Assembly (NCBI GenBank): GCA_965215885.1
Contig: CBDCEW010000004.1
Span: 1-64,000 of the forward strand
Direction of reading: 5' to 3'
Source: Candidatus Moanibacter sp.
GTDB taxonomy: Bacteria > Verrucomicrobiota > Verrucomicrobiia > Opitutales > UBA2987
Length of the DNA stretch: 64,000 bases
Made by a program: the position numbers and the translations under genes. Of this stretch, positions 1-9,465 are shown piece after piece (position 1 is the first letter of the stretch; every line of letters starts with the position of its first letter). The notes under the pieces are model-generated. The model was given only the letters and a program-made list of their open reading frames with translations, had not been told where the DNA came from and did no database searches.

Positions 1-37
1 TGGAATTCGTTGTCAACGATGGTGTAAGCGTAGGTAG

Positions 38-181
38 ATGGAAAACATGCGCGACCGTCCAAATATCCTCTTTATCGATGCGCACGATCTCGGCGACTGG
101 TTGGGATGCTACGGTCGCGCGGGTGTGGCGTCGCCGCATATCGACAAACTGGCGGCGGAAGGACTCCGTTTCAGCCAGTAC
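38..181 (+). pseudogene. Sulfatase N-terminal fragment
   Basis: Reads [48 protein letters not shown], a typical sulfatase N-terminus; similarity ends before the CxPxR motif. Confidence 0.8.
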
Positions 182-438
182 GGTACTTCCTCCCAAGATT
201 CCTGTTTGCCTGGATAAAGCCATGAATTTTTTCCCTTGGCAAAAAACTTTCCGTATTCCGGCAGTCTTCCGGTAATGCCATCAAGCATCAGCTCCAGCTG
301 ATGACCAAGCCAGCCCTCAGCCCTTACTGCGTCCACGGGCAGCGAGGTCATAGGCACATTTCCCAGCGGTGCACAGTTGGCAGGATAGTGCACTTTTGTG
401 GGAACGGTCGGCAGCTTTGCAATGTTTTTGATTTTCAT
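169..438 (-). pseudogene. GH127/GH146-like glycoside hydrolase N-terminal fragment
   Basis: LPVDAVRAEGWLGHQLELMLDGITGRL...WEEVPYWL; truncated at the junction with the sulfatase fragment. Confidence 0.6.
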
Positions 439-606
439 CCTAACCTGCTTGTCTCACAAATTTTACCAATCGCCGTTTTATCCGGAAAGACAAGCAGGTT
501 AGAAAGCGAAACGCGGTTTGAAATACCTCCGGGAGCTTTTTCATGGGAAAAGACAGAAATTCTCTTATCACGGTTTTGTAAGGAACACAAGCTAGTGTGG
601 TGTCCA

Positions 607-858
607 GTAAATACGTTCACACAGACAGGAGCGATTTTGCGTCTCAGCAAGGCGGCGCCCATGGCGGCTGTGCCCAGAGGCACCGTCCCTTGGGCGCGAA
701 CGCGGCTGCGACACAAAAGCGCCCTGTTCCCCAGGAATGAGGCGGCATTGAGGGGTTCGCCGCGTTGGTCAGCCGGGGAAAGCCCTACGGGGATTCCTCC
801 CGGCTGCCCGCCTTGCGCTGCCCCTCAATGGCGCTCTCATCTGTGTAAAGGAATTTAC
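607..858. repeat. MITE-like structured element (~250 bp)
   Basis: Imperfect terminal IRs GTAAATACGTTCACACAGACAGGAGCG (607-633) and rc GTAAATTCCTTTACACAGATGAGAGCG (832-858); two internal GC-rich hairpins. Confidence 0.6.
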
Positions 859-938
859 GGGACACCACACTTGGAATCTGCCATGTGTCTCACAACTAAC
901 CTTTACATCATGATATTTTTCCGGGATTATGCGGATCT

Positions 939-957
939 CGCTAATAACTTGTTAGCC
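939..957 (+). other. attI-like recombination site 1
   Basis: CGCTAATAACTT-GTTAGCC; GTTAGCC (951-957) is the exact complement of R'' GGCTAAC closing the first cassette; no attC hairpin upstream. Confidence 0.6.
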
Positions 958-1104
958 ATCAAAAATCCAGTTACCTTCCCGAAAACCTAATAGAAACCCA
1001 AATCGATCAGCCCGAAGGGAAAGGATAAGAGCTCGTACAACCAACGAATTGCCGAGTCTATCACCCGAAAGGGAAGAGAGCATAACCAATACAACCCCGC
1101 GAAA

Positions 1105-1452
1105 ATGAAAAGAACCATAGCAGTAACTCTCCTGATCCTAGGCGTGTCTGGATCGTCCATATTGATCGTGAAGGGTATTGTCGGAGAAGCCACGTTTCTC
1201 GCGCTTATCGTATTGTCGATTGTGGTGTTCGGACTCATATTCTTCGACGGAACACTTGAAAGACTAACGGCTGGAAAATTGTTAGACATAAAGTTCAAGA
1301 AACTCAAGGAAACCGAAGAATCGGTCAAGCAACTGGCAAGCCACGTTCTCGAACTCGTAGAGGCAGCAAGCGCGGAATCCATCCTTACGGAAGCTTATGA
1401 TGAAGAGAGGTATGAAAAGGCTGTTCAAAATCTCAAAACTCTAATTGGCTAA
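1105..1452 (+). CDS. Cassette 1: small membrane protein (2 TM + coiled coil)
   Basis: 115 aa, two hydrophobic stretches; stop codon overlaps R'' of attC. Confidence 0.8.
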   Translation: MKRTIAVTLLILGVSGSSILIVKGIVGEATFLALIVLSIVVFGLIFFDGTLERLTAGKLLDIKFKKLKETEESVKQLASHVLELVEAASAESILTEAYDEERYEKAVQNLKTLIG

Positions 1453-1570
1453 CAAGACGCGGCACGCCAACAGACGGACGGCATTGATTTCAAAATTTCT
1501 TGCAAGTTCATTTTCAAATAGTTCGCCGCACGCCTTCTCGCCCGTCTGTGGGTGGGCTGGTACGTTAGAC
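1447..1570 (+). other. attC site 1 (124 bp)
   Basis: GGCTAAC...GTTAGAC with arms CAGACGGACG / CGCCCGTCTG. Confidence 0.9.
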
Positions 1571-1577
1571 CAAAATT

Positions 1578-1946
1578 ATGAAACGAGACTTTGAGCTAGT
1601 TCGAAAACTACTCCTCTTTTTCGAAGAAAGGGAAACACCCGAACGCATTGACGTGCCACCAATTGAGGGGTACGACGAACTCACTATCAAGACTCATCTT
1701 GTACTGCTCCATGATGCAGGTTTATTGAGGTGCGAACCAGTTACATCGAGCACGAGTGATCGAGTCATCTACGTAATACCATTTGAGCTCACTTGGGAGG
1801 GTCACGAGTTTCTTGGAAAAATAAGGGATGATAAAGTATGGAACAAAATTAAGACCGTCATATCCTCGAAGGGAGGATCATTGGTCTTTTCAGTTATCAA
1901 TCGACTCGCGACACATTTCGCTACTGAAGCAATCAAAAATGTCTAA
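1578..1946 (+). CDS. Cassette 2: DUF2513 domain protein
   Basis: MKRDFELVRKLL...LTWEGHEFL..IRDDKVWNKIK signature. Confidence 0.88.
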   Translation: MKRDFELVRKLLLFFEERETPERIDVPPIEGYDELTIKTHLVLLHDAGLLRCEPVTSSTSDRVIYVIPFELTWEGHEFLGKIRDDKVWNKIKTVISSKGGSLVFSVINRLATHFATEAIKNV

Positions 1947-2003
1947 CCAGGCACTGCTCACAACGCCGGCTAGCGCCGTCGTGTGAGAGTTTTAACGTTC
2001 GGC
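1941..2003 (+). other. attC site 2 (63 bp)
   Basis: GTCTAAC (complement of GTTAGAC at 1564)...GTTCGGC; arms ACTGCTCACAAC / GTGTGAGAGT. Confidence 0.9.
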
Positions 2004-2039
2004 GAGAATCGCTCTGTTCATTTTTCACGCACGTCTATC

Positions 2040-3158
2040 ATGAAGCGTAAGGTGGTCGTTTGGTTCAGGCGCATAGGACTTGGTGTGCTGCTATTGATCT
2101 GCGTTATGCACGGGTATATCCGCTATGGCATTGTCGAAATGCCGGGTAACCCATATGCAGGGACACCACCGCCACCCAACGCAATGATAAGGGCAACCAC
2201 CGCAAGATTGCGGACCCACGTTGAGATTTTGGCCAATGAGATAGGGGGCCGAAGCATTTACAATACGGAGGCGCTGGATCGAACCCAAGCCTGGATTGCG
2301 GCGGAATTCCGAAGACTGGATCTCGAACCCAATAAGCAGACCTACGAGGTCGAGCCGGAATTGGTTAACGAGGCGATCGAACGTCGTAACCGGAAGATCA
2401 AAGAAAGGGGCGGGAGGAACTTCCTCCCATTGTACGGGAATCATCAACCAACGAAAGATTTAGTGAACCTTTGGGTGGAGATCAAGGGGCGCACCACCCC
2501 GGAGAGATTCCTCGTTGTCGGCGCCCACTACGACACGGTCACGCCCGATTGTCCGGGAGCGGACGACAATAGCACGGGGATCGCGGCCCTGCTGGAAATC
2601 GGCCGGCGTTTACAAGACAAGCCTCCGAAACTTTCGGTGATCCTGGCAGCGTTCACCTGCGAGGAGCAACCGTTAAGCGCCACCGACAAGCAGGGAAGCG
2701 CGGTATTCGTGAATGAGCTGCTGACAAAGGAGCAGAGAGTTCCGGTCGGCATGATCGCCTTGGAAACATTGGGGTAATTCACGGACGAACCCAGCAGCCA
2801 GAGCTATCCGGTTCCGATCAACCTGTACTACCCAGACACCGGTGACTTTATCTATTTCGTGGGAGATGCCACATCACGCGAGTTCATCCGATCGGTGGTT
2901 CGACAATTTCGAGAGATCCCGGCCGTCGTTCCCTCCCAGGGCGGCGCTGCGCCGACATGGCTGGTTCCAGACGTTCTCCGAAGCGACCACAAGCATTTTG
3001 TCCGGAAAGGTATTCCGGGCGTCATGGTGACGGATTCGGCAAACTTTCGCTATCGACATTATCATCGGCCGACCGATACCCCGGAGAAACTGGATTTCAT
3101 CAAGCTGGCCCATGTTGTGGAGGGCATCAGCGTGGTGGTGCGAGAGATCGAGGACTAA
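2040..3158 (+). pseudogene. Cassette 3: M28 family peptidase with in-frame TAA
   Basis: GAHYDTV..PGADDNSTG, FTCEE, RSDH, YHRPTD motifs; ETLG*FTDEP stop at 2775-2777 and the same frame continues to 3158. Confidence 0.88.
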
Positions 3159-3266
3159 TCCGCGGCGGGAATCAACAGTCTGTCGGAACTCGCACAAACG
3201 CCACATGGTACCCATTGCCTTCGACAATTTGACGGGAGAGGAGACCAAATGCACTGCTGCAGCGAG

Positions 3267-3392
3267 GCCGAACGGGTGGGTGGAGATCAACCTTCGACCC
3301 GCTGCGGTGTTGATGTATGAGGACAATTCAAACATCATCGCTTCAGATCACTTGCGCGAATGGTCGCAGGTGACGCACCCTCTATGTTTGGC
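3267..3392 (+). other. attC site 3 (126 bp)
   Basis: GCCGAAC (complement of GTTCGGC at 1997)...GTTTGGC; arms ATCAACCTTCGACC / GGTCGCAGGTGAC. Confidence 0.85.
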
Positions 3393-3888
3393 AGATCCGC
3401 CAGAGTTTCTACACTCTGCCCCCTCTACTGAACTACCCTTAGGAATCCTCTCTGAAACCCTCAAAGCCCTCCTTTCGGTCTGGGGTTACACCAGATACCT
3501 GTTTCACACAAAAATCTCCTCAGCACTTCACAGCGGGCTGATTCGGGCATGTCAGGTCAGTGACCCGATTCACAGAGATATCAGGGAGTTAATCAGAACC
3601 AGGATATAGTAAAATGCTTTGCCTTTGAACGTGATTAATTCATGTTGGATAACAGCGGGTGCGTTTTTGCGACCTACAAGAAAGGTAGCTTTTGTCAGTC
3701 GAACGGACAAAAGTGACATGTCCGTTTGTACTGGAATCCTGTGATTATTCGTCATGTCAGATATTAAACAAATATGACATGGCACTATGCACATGAGACA
3801 AAATGAGCCTTAAATCAGCTTAACCACTTGATAAATCGCAATTTAACTTCAACCAACTGCGTCACTGACACCCGACAAAGTGTCATGA

Positions 3889-3907
3889 CGAATAATACCT
3901 GTTGGCC
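3889..3907 (+). other. attI-like recombination site 2
   Basis: CGAATAATACCT-GTTGGCC resembles site 1; GTTGGCC complements R'' GGCCAAC at 4801. Confidence 0.55.
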
Positions 3908-3917
3908 GTGATAAATC

Positions 3918-4798
3918 ATGGATGCTCACGAGTTTGAAATAGAGTTGGACTTCGAAAAGGGATCCCGTGATCCTTCGCGGATTTTTTCAGTATGGGAGAG
4001 TACATTGATGCATTTTCCCTGTTGGATTCATCTCTACTTTTTGCATTCGACGCAAAAATCGAGACTCATCTCGAGTTGGACGACATCCAATCCGGATCGA
4101 TAAAGGCGTTAATTCGGAGGATTTTGAATATTGTCGATGACGATGCGCTTAAGGCCGGGAATTGGAATCAAGTGCTCGGTGGATTTTTGCATGATGCAAA
4201 GGTCTCGATACTCAAATGGTGTAACGATAACGAAGAAATTTCGGACCCGGAGTTGATTAATGCCGAAACAAAAGAGATCAATGTACTGGCTGAAAATACG
4301 GACCTGCACCATATTCCCTTATATCGCCCGTTCACGCCACAGGCGCTGATAAGCAGTGTCCAAGGGTTGGCACAGGCGGGAAGAATTCTTCAAATTACGG
4401 ACAAAGTGACCTATCGAAGCGGCGGCAATGAATTAGAAGTGTCCAAGTCGGTATCTTTCGCGCCTCAGGTTCTTGACGAATTTCTGGGACCGCAGTCGGG
4501 TCATGTGAGACAAAAGGCTGTGGTTATAATCAAAAAAGCTGATTTTTTGGGCAACTCACAATGGGAAGTCAGATTCGAAGATCGTACGATTAGAGCTCAC
4601 ATCTCAGATTCCGATTGGCTGACTTCATTCAAGAAGCGGCAGTTCGATATAAAGCCCGGCGATGCTCTGCGCGTTATTTTGGACATTTATCTTCCGGTTG
4701 ACACCATTGGCAAGCGAGGGGAGCCCAGCTATGAGATTGTCGAAGTGCTCGGAATCGTGCCTGGGGTGGCCGGCGAGCAACAGGACCTGCTAGAATGA
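3918..4798 (+). pseudogene. Cassette 4: hypothetical protein (~293 aa), frameshift near 3990
   Basis: ORF 3918 (MDAHEFEIELDFEKGSRDPSRIFS) joins ORF 3992-4798 if one base is added; 3918 is the ATG next to the cassette start. Confidence 0.65.
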
Positions 4799-4800
4799 CC

Positions 4801-4863
4801 GGCCAACAATGCGTGCGAGGCAACGCTGGCTAACGCCACCGTGCGTCCACTCGTACGTTGGGC
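4801..4863 (+). other. attC site 4 (63 bp)
   Basis: GGCCAAC...GTTGGGC with central GGCTAACGCC. Confidence 0.85.
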
Positions 4864-4870
4864 GAAGACC

Positions 4871-5353
4871 ATGAAGGAAACCATCAAAGAGATCGATTTC
4901 CTCGATCCACCTGCGATGGATTTTGAAGACATCTTCCTCAAACTGGAAAAGACAGAACGCGCAGATAATGAGAGGGGGTTCTTTCCTTGTGACTGCTTTG
5001 GGATATTCCTCAAAGGAACGGAGACGAAGGTCGGAGGCATAAATTTCAAGATCGGGGAAACCAAAGATCTAATTAGATACGGGGGCCATATCGGCTACGG
5101 GATAGCCGAGGAGCATAGAGGGAATGGCTACGCATCCAAAGCATGTTTGGCGCTACGGAAATTCATCGCCGTGTACTACGACGAAGTGATTATCACCTGC
5201 AATCCGGATAATATTCCATCCGTGCGGAGCGTTGAGAAACTTGGCGCAACCTTCATCGAGATTGTTGAAGTACCAAAAGGGAATCCTACGCTTGCGAGAA
5301 ATCCGAACCGGATTAGAAGCCGGTACAGCTGGAAGATCAATAAACCACAATAA
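4871..5353 (+). CDS. Cassette 5: GNAT family N-acetyltransferase
   Basis: GHIGYGIAEEHRGNGYA acetyl-CoA motif; ITCNPDNIPSVRSVEKLG. Confidence 0.9.
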   Translation: MKETIKEIDFLDPPAMDFEDIFLKLEKTERADNERGFFPCDCFGIFLKGTETKVGGINFKIGETKDLIRYGGHIGYGIAEEHRGNGYASKACLALRKFIAVYYDEVIITCNPDNIPSVRSVEKLGATFIEIVEVPKGNPTLARNPNRIRSRYSWKINKPQ

Positions 5354-5439
5354 GACCAGGATACGCCCAACCAAGGTAAACGACCGGTGAACTGCCCTAT
5401 GGATCGCGGCATGCGCGAGGATCCTGGCAGTGTCCGGGT

Positions 5440-6942
5440 TCAAGAGGCTGCGAGCGGTTCGCCTGTTCGGGTCGGCTTCCAATTCGCCGGAGCGAGTTCG
5501 GCGATCTCGGTGATGTTCATGTCCGGCAATCTTTTGAGGACGTCAGTGAGGTAAGCGGATGGTTCAATTGCGTGCCGCCGGCAACTCTCAATGATCGAGT
5601 AAATTACGGCGCTTCTCCAACCGGCCTTGGGGTGGCCGATGAACATCCAGTTTTTCTTTCCCAGGGCGGTCGGCCGGATAGCATTCTCAATGAGGTTATT
5701 GTCGATTTCAACCTTGCCATGCTCGAGGTAGCGCTTGAGTGATTCCCACTGGTTCAGAGCATACTCAACGGCTTCACCCATTTTGCTCCGCGGCAAGGCC
5801 CGCCGTTTGAGTATAGGCAAGGCTTTGCCCAAGCGTTCCACGATCATCCGACCATGGCTTTTCCGGTAGGCTTCGCGCAAGGCGGGACCGGCCCGCTGTT
5901 CGCGCAGATGGCGCTCGTCTCTGTAGAGATTGTGGATCTGCCGCACCACCCAGCCGGCCAGCTTCGGATTCTCATCCATCGCCTCCACAAATTTGCGTCG
6001 CAGGTGTGCCCAGCACCCAAACAGGGTAATCCCGTTATGCTCCCGGGCGAAACTGCCATAGGCTGCGTAACCGTCGGGTTGGAGCAACCCTTCGTATCCG
6101 TTGAGGAACTGCTCGAGACATTTTACCCCACGGCCTGTGTGCCAGTCGTAGAGCACCTCGCCGCCGGGTCGCCCGTAGACCCACAGGTATCCTTTCCTGC
6201 AGCCCTCTTTCTTGCCTGCGTCCGGATCCAGGTAGCGGATGGGCGTTTCGTCCGCCTGGATGTAACCGCCCTCGAACAATTGTAAGCACATGTAGTTGTA
6301 GATGGGTTTTAGCCATTGCGCTACCTGGTGGATCCAATCGAGCATGCTCTGGCGCGCCACCCTTACTCCGTAGCGTTCCCGGAAAATCTTCTCCTGCCGA
6401 TACAACGGCAGGTGATCGACGTATTTGCTCAGTAATATGTGCACCAAAAGCCCCACTCCAGGGATCCCTTTTTCAATCAGCCGCGATGGTAATGGCGCCA
6501 GCACGGGAGGTTCCTGGGGCTTTTCGCGAGATACATATTTGCGCCGTATATAGCGCCGCCTGATAAATCGGGCCGGGAGCAAATCTAACTCTTCAGTGAC
6601 TTCCTCACCGATCAACCGCCACTTTTGCGGTTCAACCTTCACCGCTTCGGGTTCGATTACGATCTCTTCGACTTCCAGGTGCTCGGGCAGACGCTGTCGC
6701 CTCGCCCCAGCTCCTTTGCGCGCCTTCGGCTCGGGTGGTGGCTCTGCCGTTTGCTCAGCGGGTTTGTTTTCCTCGGCCTGCTCCAGCCCGGCCAGGAGCA
6801 ATTCCAGCTGTCCCGGATCGATCCGCTCGCTTTGGTTGCCTCCAAAGTAGCGCTTAATGAGCCAGCCGATCTTCTGTCGTAAAAGCCGATTCTCCTCTCG
6901 GAGTTGCTCCAGCTCTGTTTGCAAAACCTCGACTTCAGGCAT
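5440..6942 (-). CDS. tnpC: IS66 transposase TnpC
   Basis: KYVDHLPLYRQ, ADETP, DGYAAY, CWAHLRRKF, IDNNLIENAIRP motifs. Confidence 0.96.
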   Translation of the reverse strand: MPEVEVLQTELEQLREENRLLRQKIGWLIKRYFGGNQSERIDPGQLELLLAGLEQAEENKPAEQTAEPPPEPKARKGAGARRQRLPEHLEVEEIVIEPEAVKVEPQKWRLIGEEVTEELDLLPARFIRRRYIRRKYVSREKPQEPPVLAPLPSRLIEKGIPGVGLLVHILLSKYVDHLPLYRQEKIFRERYGVRVARQSMLDWIHQVAQWLKPIYNYMCLQLFEGGYIQADETPIRYLDPDAGKKEGCRKGYLWVYGRPGGEVLYDWHTGRGVKCLEQFLNGYEGLLQPDGYAAYGSFAREHNGITLFGCWAHLRRKFVEAMDENPKLAGWVVRQIHNLYRDERHLREQRAGPALREAYRKSHGRMIVERLGKALPILKRRALPRSKMGEAVEYALNQWESLKRYLEHGKVEIDNNLIENAIRPTALGKKNWMFIGHPKAGWRSAVIYSIIESCRRHAIEPSAYLTDVLKRLPDMNITEIAELAPANWKPTRTGEPLAAS

Positions 6943-7008
6943 GAAAACAATACTAAACTAACGGTAATAAGAAAAGCAATACTTTTTCAAAAAATCACTT
7001 TTTTTGAC

Positions 7009-7359
7009 CTAACGCTGATACCAGGGCCGCATCTTCCCCTCCCTCAGGTCGATCCCGTTCAAGAGCATGCTCAACGCTTCAGGGCGCAATGGAAGCTTCT
7101 GATCTTTCAAGTCCACTCCCTGCGGCCAGCTGAACCGACCCTTCTCTAATCGCTTTGCGAAAACCCATAACCCCGTGCCGTCCCAATACAGAATCTTGAC
7201 CCGGTCCCGGCTGCGATTGCAGAAGACAAAGACCGCTCCGCTCAACGGGTCTTCCTTGAGCTGATTGGCCGCCAGGGCGTAGAGACCATTAAAGCTCTTT
7301 CGCAGATCCGTTACTCCCACGGCCAGGAAAACCTTCATCGTTCCCGGTAAGCTCAGCAT
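7009..7359 (-). CDS. tnpB: IS66 accessory protein TnpB
   Basis: TDLRKSFNGL..VFVFCNRSRDRVKILYWDGTG..KRLEKGRF. Confidence 0.95.
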   Translation of the reverse strand: MLSLPGTMKVFLAVGVTDLRKSFNGLYALAANQLKEDPLSGAVFVFCNRSRDRVKILYWDGTGLWVFAKRLEKGRFSWPQGVDLKDQKLPLRPEALSMLLNGIDLREGKMRPWYQR

Positions 7360-7718
7360 CCCGATTCCCTCAACGCCTTCACCAGACTCGCCACTTGTTC
7401 CACCGCAACACCGCAGTCCACCTCCACCCGTATCGGGTCCCCTAAGACGATCTCGATCCGATCCTCCGTGACCGCGCTGCTCTGCACCGTAACTTCGGCA
7501 AACCGCGCCCCCGCCGATTTTACCCCGCTGCTTCTGTGCCCGGCCCGGTCCTTGCGCAGCCATCCCATAAAGGTCATATACTTGATACCGTGCCGCTGGG
7601 CAAACGCCCTCTGCGTCTGATTGCTGCGACGGTATGCGCTTATCAGTCGCCTGCGCTCCTGCCGACTTCGTCGAACGATTCGCTTCGACCGTGTCCGCCC
7701 TCTCGTTTTTTCTCCCAT
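7353..7718 (-). CDS. tnpA: IS66 accessory HTH protein TnpA
   Basis: YRRSNQTQRAFAQRHGIKYMTFMGW HTH; overlaps the tnpB start. Confidence 0.88.
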   Translation of the reverse strand: MGEKTRGRTRSKRIVRRSRQERRRLISAYRRSNQTQRAFAQRHGIKYMTFMGWLRKDRAGHRSSGVKSAGARFAEVTVQSSAVTEDRIEIVLGDPIRVEVDCGVAVEQVASLVKALRESGC

Positions 7719-7855
7719 CCCATAATCATATCACGGTCGGCATCTTTGCGCTACAAGGTCGTTGCCCGGTCGCTTACCAACCAAGCGTGCGTGGTATGGC
7801 TGTTCGTCGCTCCGCTCCTCACACCCATACCACCACTTAGCGTTCTGTCTACCAA

Positions 7856-8530
7856 ATGAACATGAAGCCCCTTACCGAATTCACCGAATATGTCACCAAC
7901 GAGGTGACTACTGCATCGGTCGAACTCGGAGGGATTGCGGCCGAGGCTGAACGAAAACATTTGCAGCGACTGGTCTACACAAACCTCGTGGATCGTTTTG
8001 ACACCGCCATTGATACCACGCTCGTCGAGAACGCCTCGGAAGATCCGTTGCGTTCGGCGGCGCTGACGAAACTAACTGATCCTCTTCCAGAGGGAAAACT
8101 GCTTCACCTCCTTTCCTCGAAATCGGAGGTAGACAGTCGTATCGCTGAGAAATGCGTAGAATTCGTTCGATCTGAGATTCTTCGGAATCGACATTCGAAG
8201 AAGCTAGCGAAGCTATTTGAAGTGCTTGCTCCGACTGAGAACGTTTCAAAGCTGCCACGCGTCAACATCTCGACAGGTAAGATCAGCAAGAAAATTACAC
8301 CAGCGAATAACAAGGTTCCCACCTCCATATGTGGCTATGCCGATTGGTTGTATTCCCGCCGTAACTCAGTCGTTCACGGAGGTGGTGGCACGAAGCTACT
8401 TGAGAATGATGTCAAACAGCTAAAGAAACTCTACAAGGCAGATCCAGCGCTTACCGTGAAGTTGAGCCTCGGATCAATATCGGTCGCTTCGGAGTATTTT
8501 CGAGCAGTCGCCACGTTACTAACTAAATGA
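7856..8530 (+). CDS. Cassette 6: HEPN-like domain protein
   Basis: Helical protein with C-terminal RRNSVVH (Rx4H) motif. Confidence 0.65.
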   Translation: MNMKPLTEFTEYVTNEVTTASVELGGIAAEAERKHLQRLVYTNLVDRFDTAIDTTLVENASEDPLRSAALTKLTDPLPEGKLLHLLSSKSEVDSRIAEKCVEFVRSEILRNRHSKKLAKLFEVLAPTENVSKLPRVNISTGKISKKITPANNKVPTSICGYADWLYSRRNSVVHGGGGTKLLENDVKQLKKLYKADPALTVKLSLGSISVASEYFRAVATLLTK

Positions 8531-8656
8531 CAGAACAAGCGCATGGAGAGCAACGGCTGACCCGACGCGAGTTCGAATGATCCACCGTAATTCCAACCTC
8601 AGTTTAGCATCGAAGGCGCGCTCTCGGTCAGCCGTGCCTCATGCTTGACGTTAGGC
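8530..8656 (+). other. attC site 6 (127 bp)
   Basis: ACAGAAC (complement of GTTCTGT)...GTTAGGC; arms ACGGCTGACC / GGTCAGCCGT. Confidence 0.92.
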
Positions 8657-8662
8657 GTCGAA

Positions 8663-9373
8663 ATGAGCTTTTCCCGAGACCACATTGAAGACATAGTTAA
8701 GGAAGGTCTCGTCCACGACATTTTTCGATTCGAGCGCGCGCGCGGCTTGCAGAAATCAATGTTCGAGTATTCGAACGAAATCTCATCAAAAGAGAAAGGC
8801 AACTTCGGACCTACATTTCAAGCGATACATTCCGCCCTCACGACAGAAGCGGTTCTTGCCGTGGCTCGGATCTTTGATTCACCAAGCCAGAAATACCCTA
8901 CGCGCTGTCTGCGCGGCCTACTAAACTATCTCGGGAAGTATTCGTCGGATCTCCCATCAATTAGGGAACCATACCAGCTCTGCCGTTCTCTTGAAGCACG
9001 GAATGCTCCTGTGGCCTTGATCAATTCGATCAATGAAAATCCGAAAGCGTTCCCTAAACTGTTGAACAAGTACATTCGCGATGAGCTGAAGGGAGAAAGC
9101 TTGAAATCAGCTTTGTCGTCTCTCAAGAACGTTCGTGATAAAGTTCTCGCTCACAACGAAAATGCGAGCGTGAAGGAAGGTCCGATGTGGGCGTCATTGG
9201 AGTCCCTGGTTGATCTTTCCATATATTTAGTAGGAGCATTGGGCTGGGCCTATTTCAGTACGGCGTATACGGCCAATGGTGAGTACGCCTTGACCCGCGA
9301 CGCCTTGCGTCCTTCAATTGGGCTAACTCGTCTTCTGAAAAAGGTCTATGAAGAGGTCTATCCCGACGCCTAA
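8663..9373 (+). CDS. Cassette 7: AbiU2-like HEPN domain protein
   Basis: AVLAVARIFD and KNVRDKVLAHNE motifs. Confidence 0.7.
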   Translation: MSFSRDHIEDIVKEGLVHDIFRFERARGLQKSMFEYSNEISSKEKGNFGPTFQAIHSALTTEAVLAVARIFDSPSQKYPTRCLRGLLNYLGKYSSDLPSIREPYQLCRSLEARNAPVALINSINENPKAFPKLLNKYIRDELKGESLKSALSSLKNVRDKVLAHNENASVKEGPMWASLESLVDLSIYLVGALGWAYFSTAYTANGEYALTRDALRPSIGLTRLLKKVYEEVYPDA

Positions 9374-9451
9374 CAAATCCGTGAACCAGACCCCTTTATG
9401 GCTGGTCGTTTCACGACCAGCCTTCGAGGCCGGTTACGTCAGACGTTCGCT
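9368..9451 (+). other. attC site 7 (84 bp)
   Basis: GCCTAAC (complement of GTTAGGC)...GTTCGCT; internal hairpin GGCTGGTCGT-TTC-ACGACCAGCC. Confidence 0.9.
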
Positions 9452-9465
9452 GAAGAAAACCCACG

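Larger units (their letters stand above)
5376..7777 (-). mobile_element. IS66 family insertion sequence
   Basis: IRs GTAAACGACCGGTGAAC / rc GTAAGCGACCGGGCAAC; 8-bp TSD CAACCAAG at 5368-5375 and 7778-7785; tnpABC. Confidence 0.96.
5365..7848 (+). other. attC site 5, split by IS66 (5365-5375 + 7778-7848)
   Basis: R'' GCCCAAC at 5365 complements GTTGGGC at 4857; arms GTGGTATGG / CCATACCAC and R' GTTCTGT lie beyond the IS. Confidence 0.88.

Noticed and set aside
301..990. 229-aa ORF as a gene or integrase
   Set aside because: Spans an antisense gene fragment and the MITE; no tyrosine-recombinase motifs
3112..3609. 165-aa ORF as a cassette gene
   Set aside because: Reads through attC3 and has no recognisable motifs
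5844..6950. Alternative-frame ORFs over tnpC, and similar shadow ORFs elsewhere
   Set aside because: Overlap well-supported genes and are expected in GC-rich DNA
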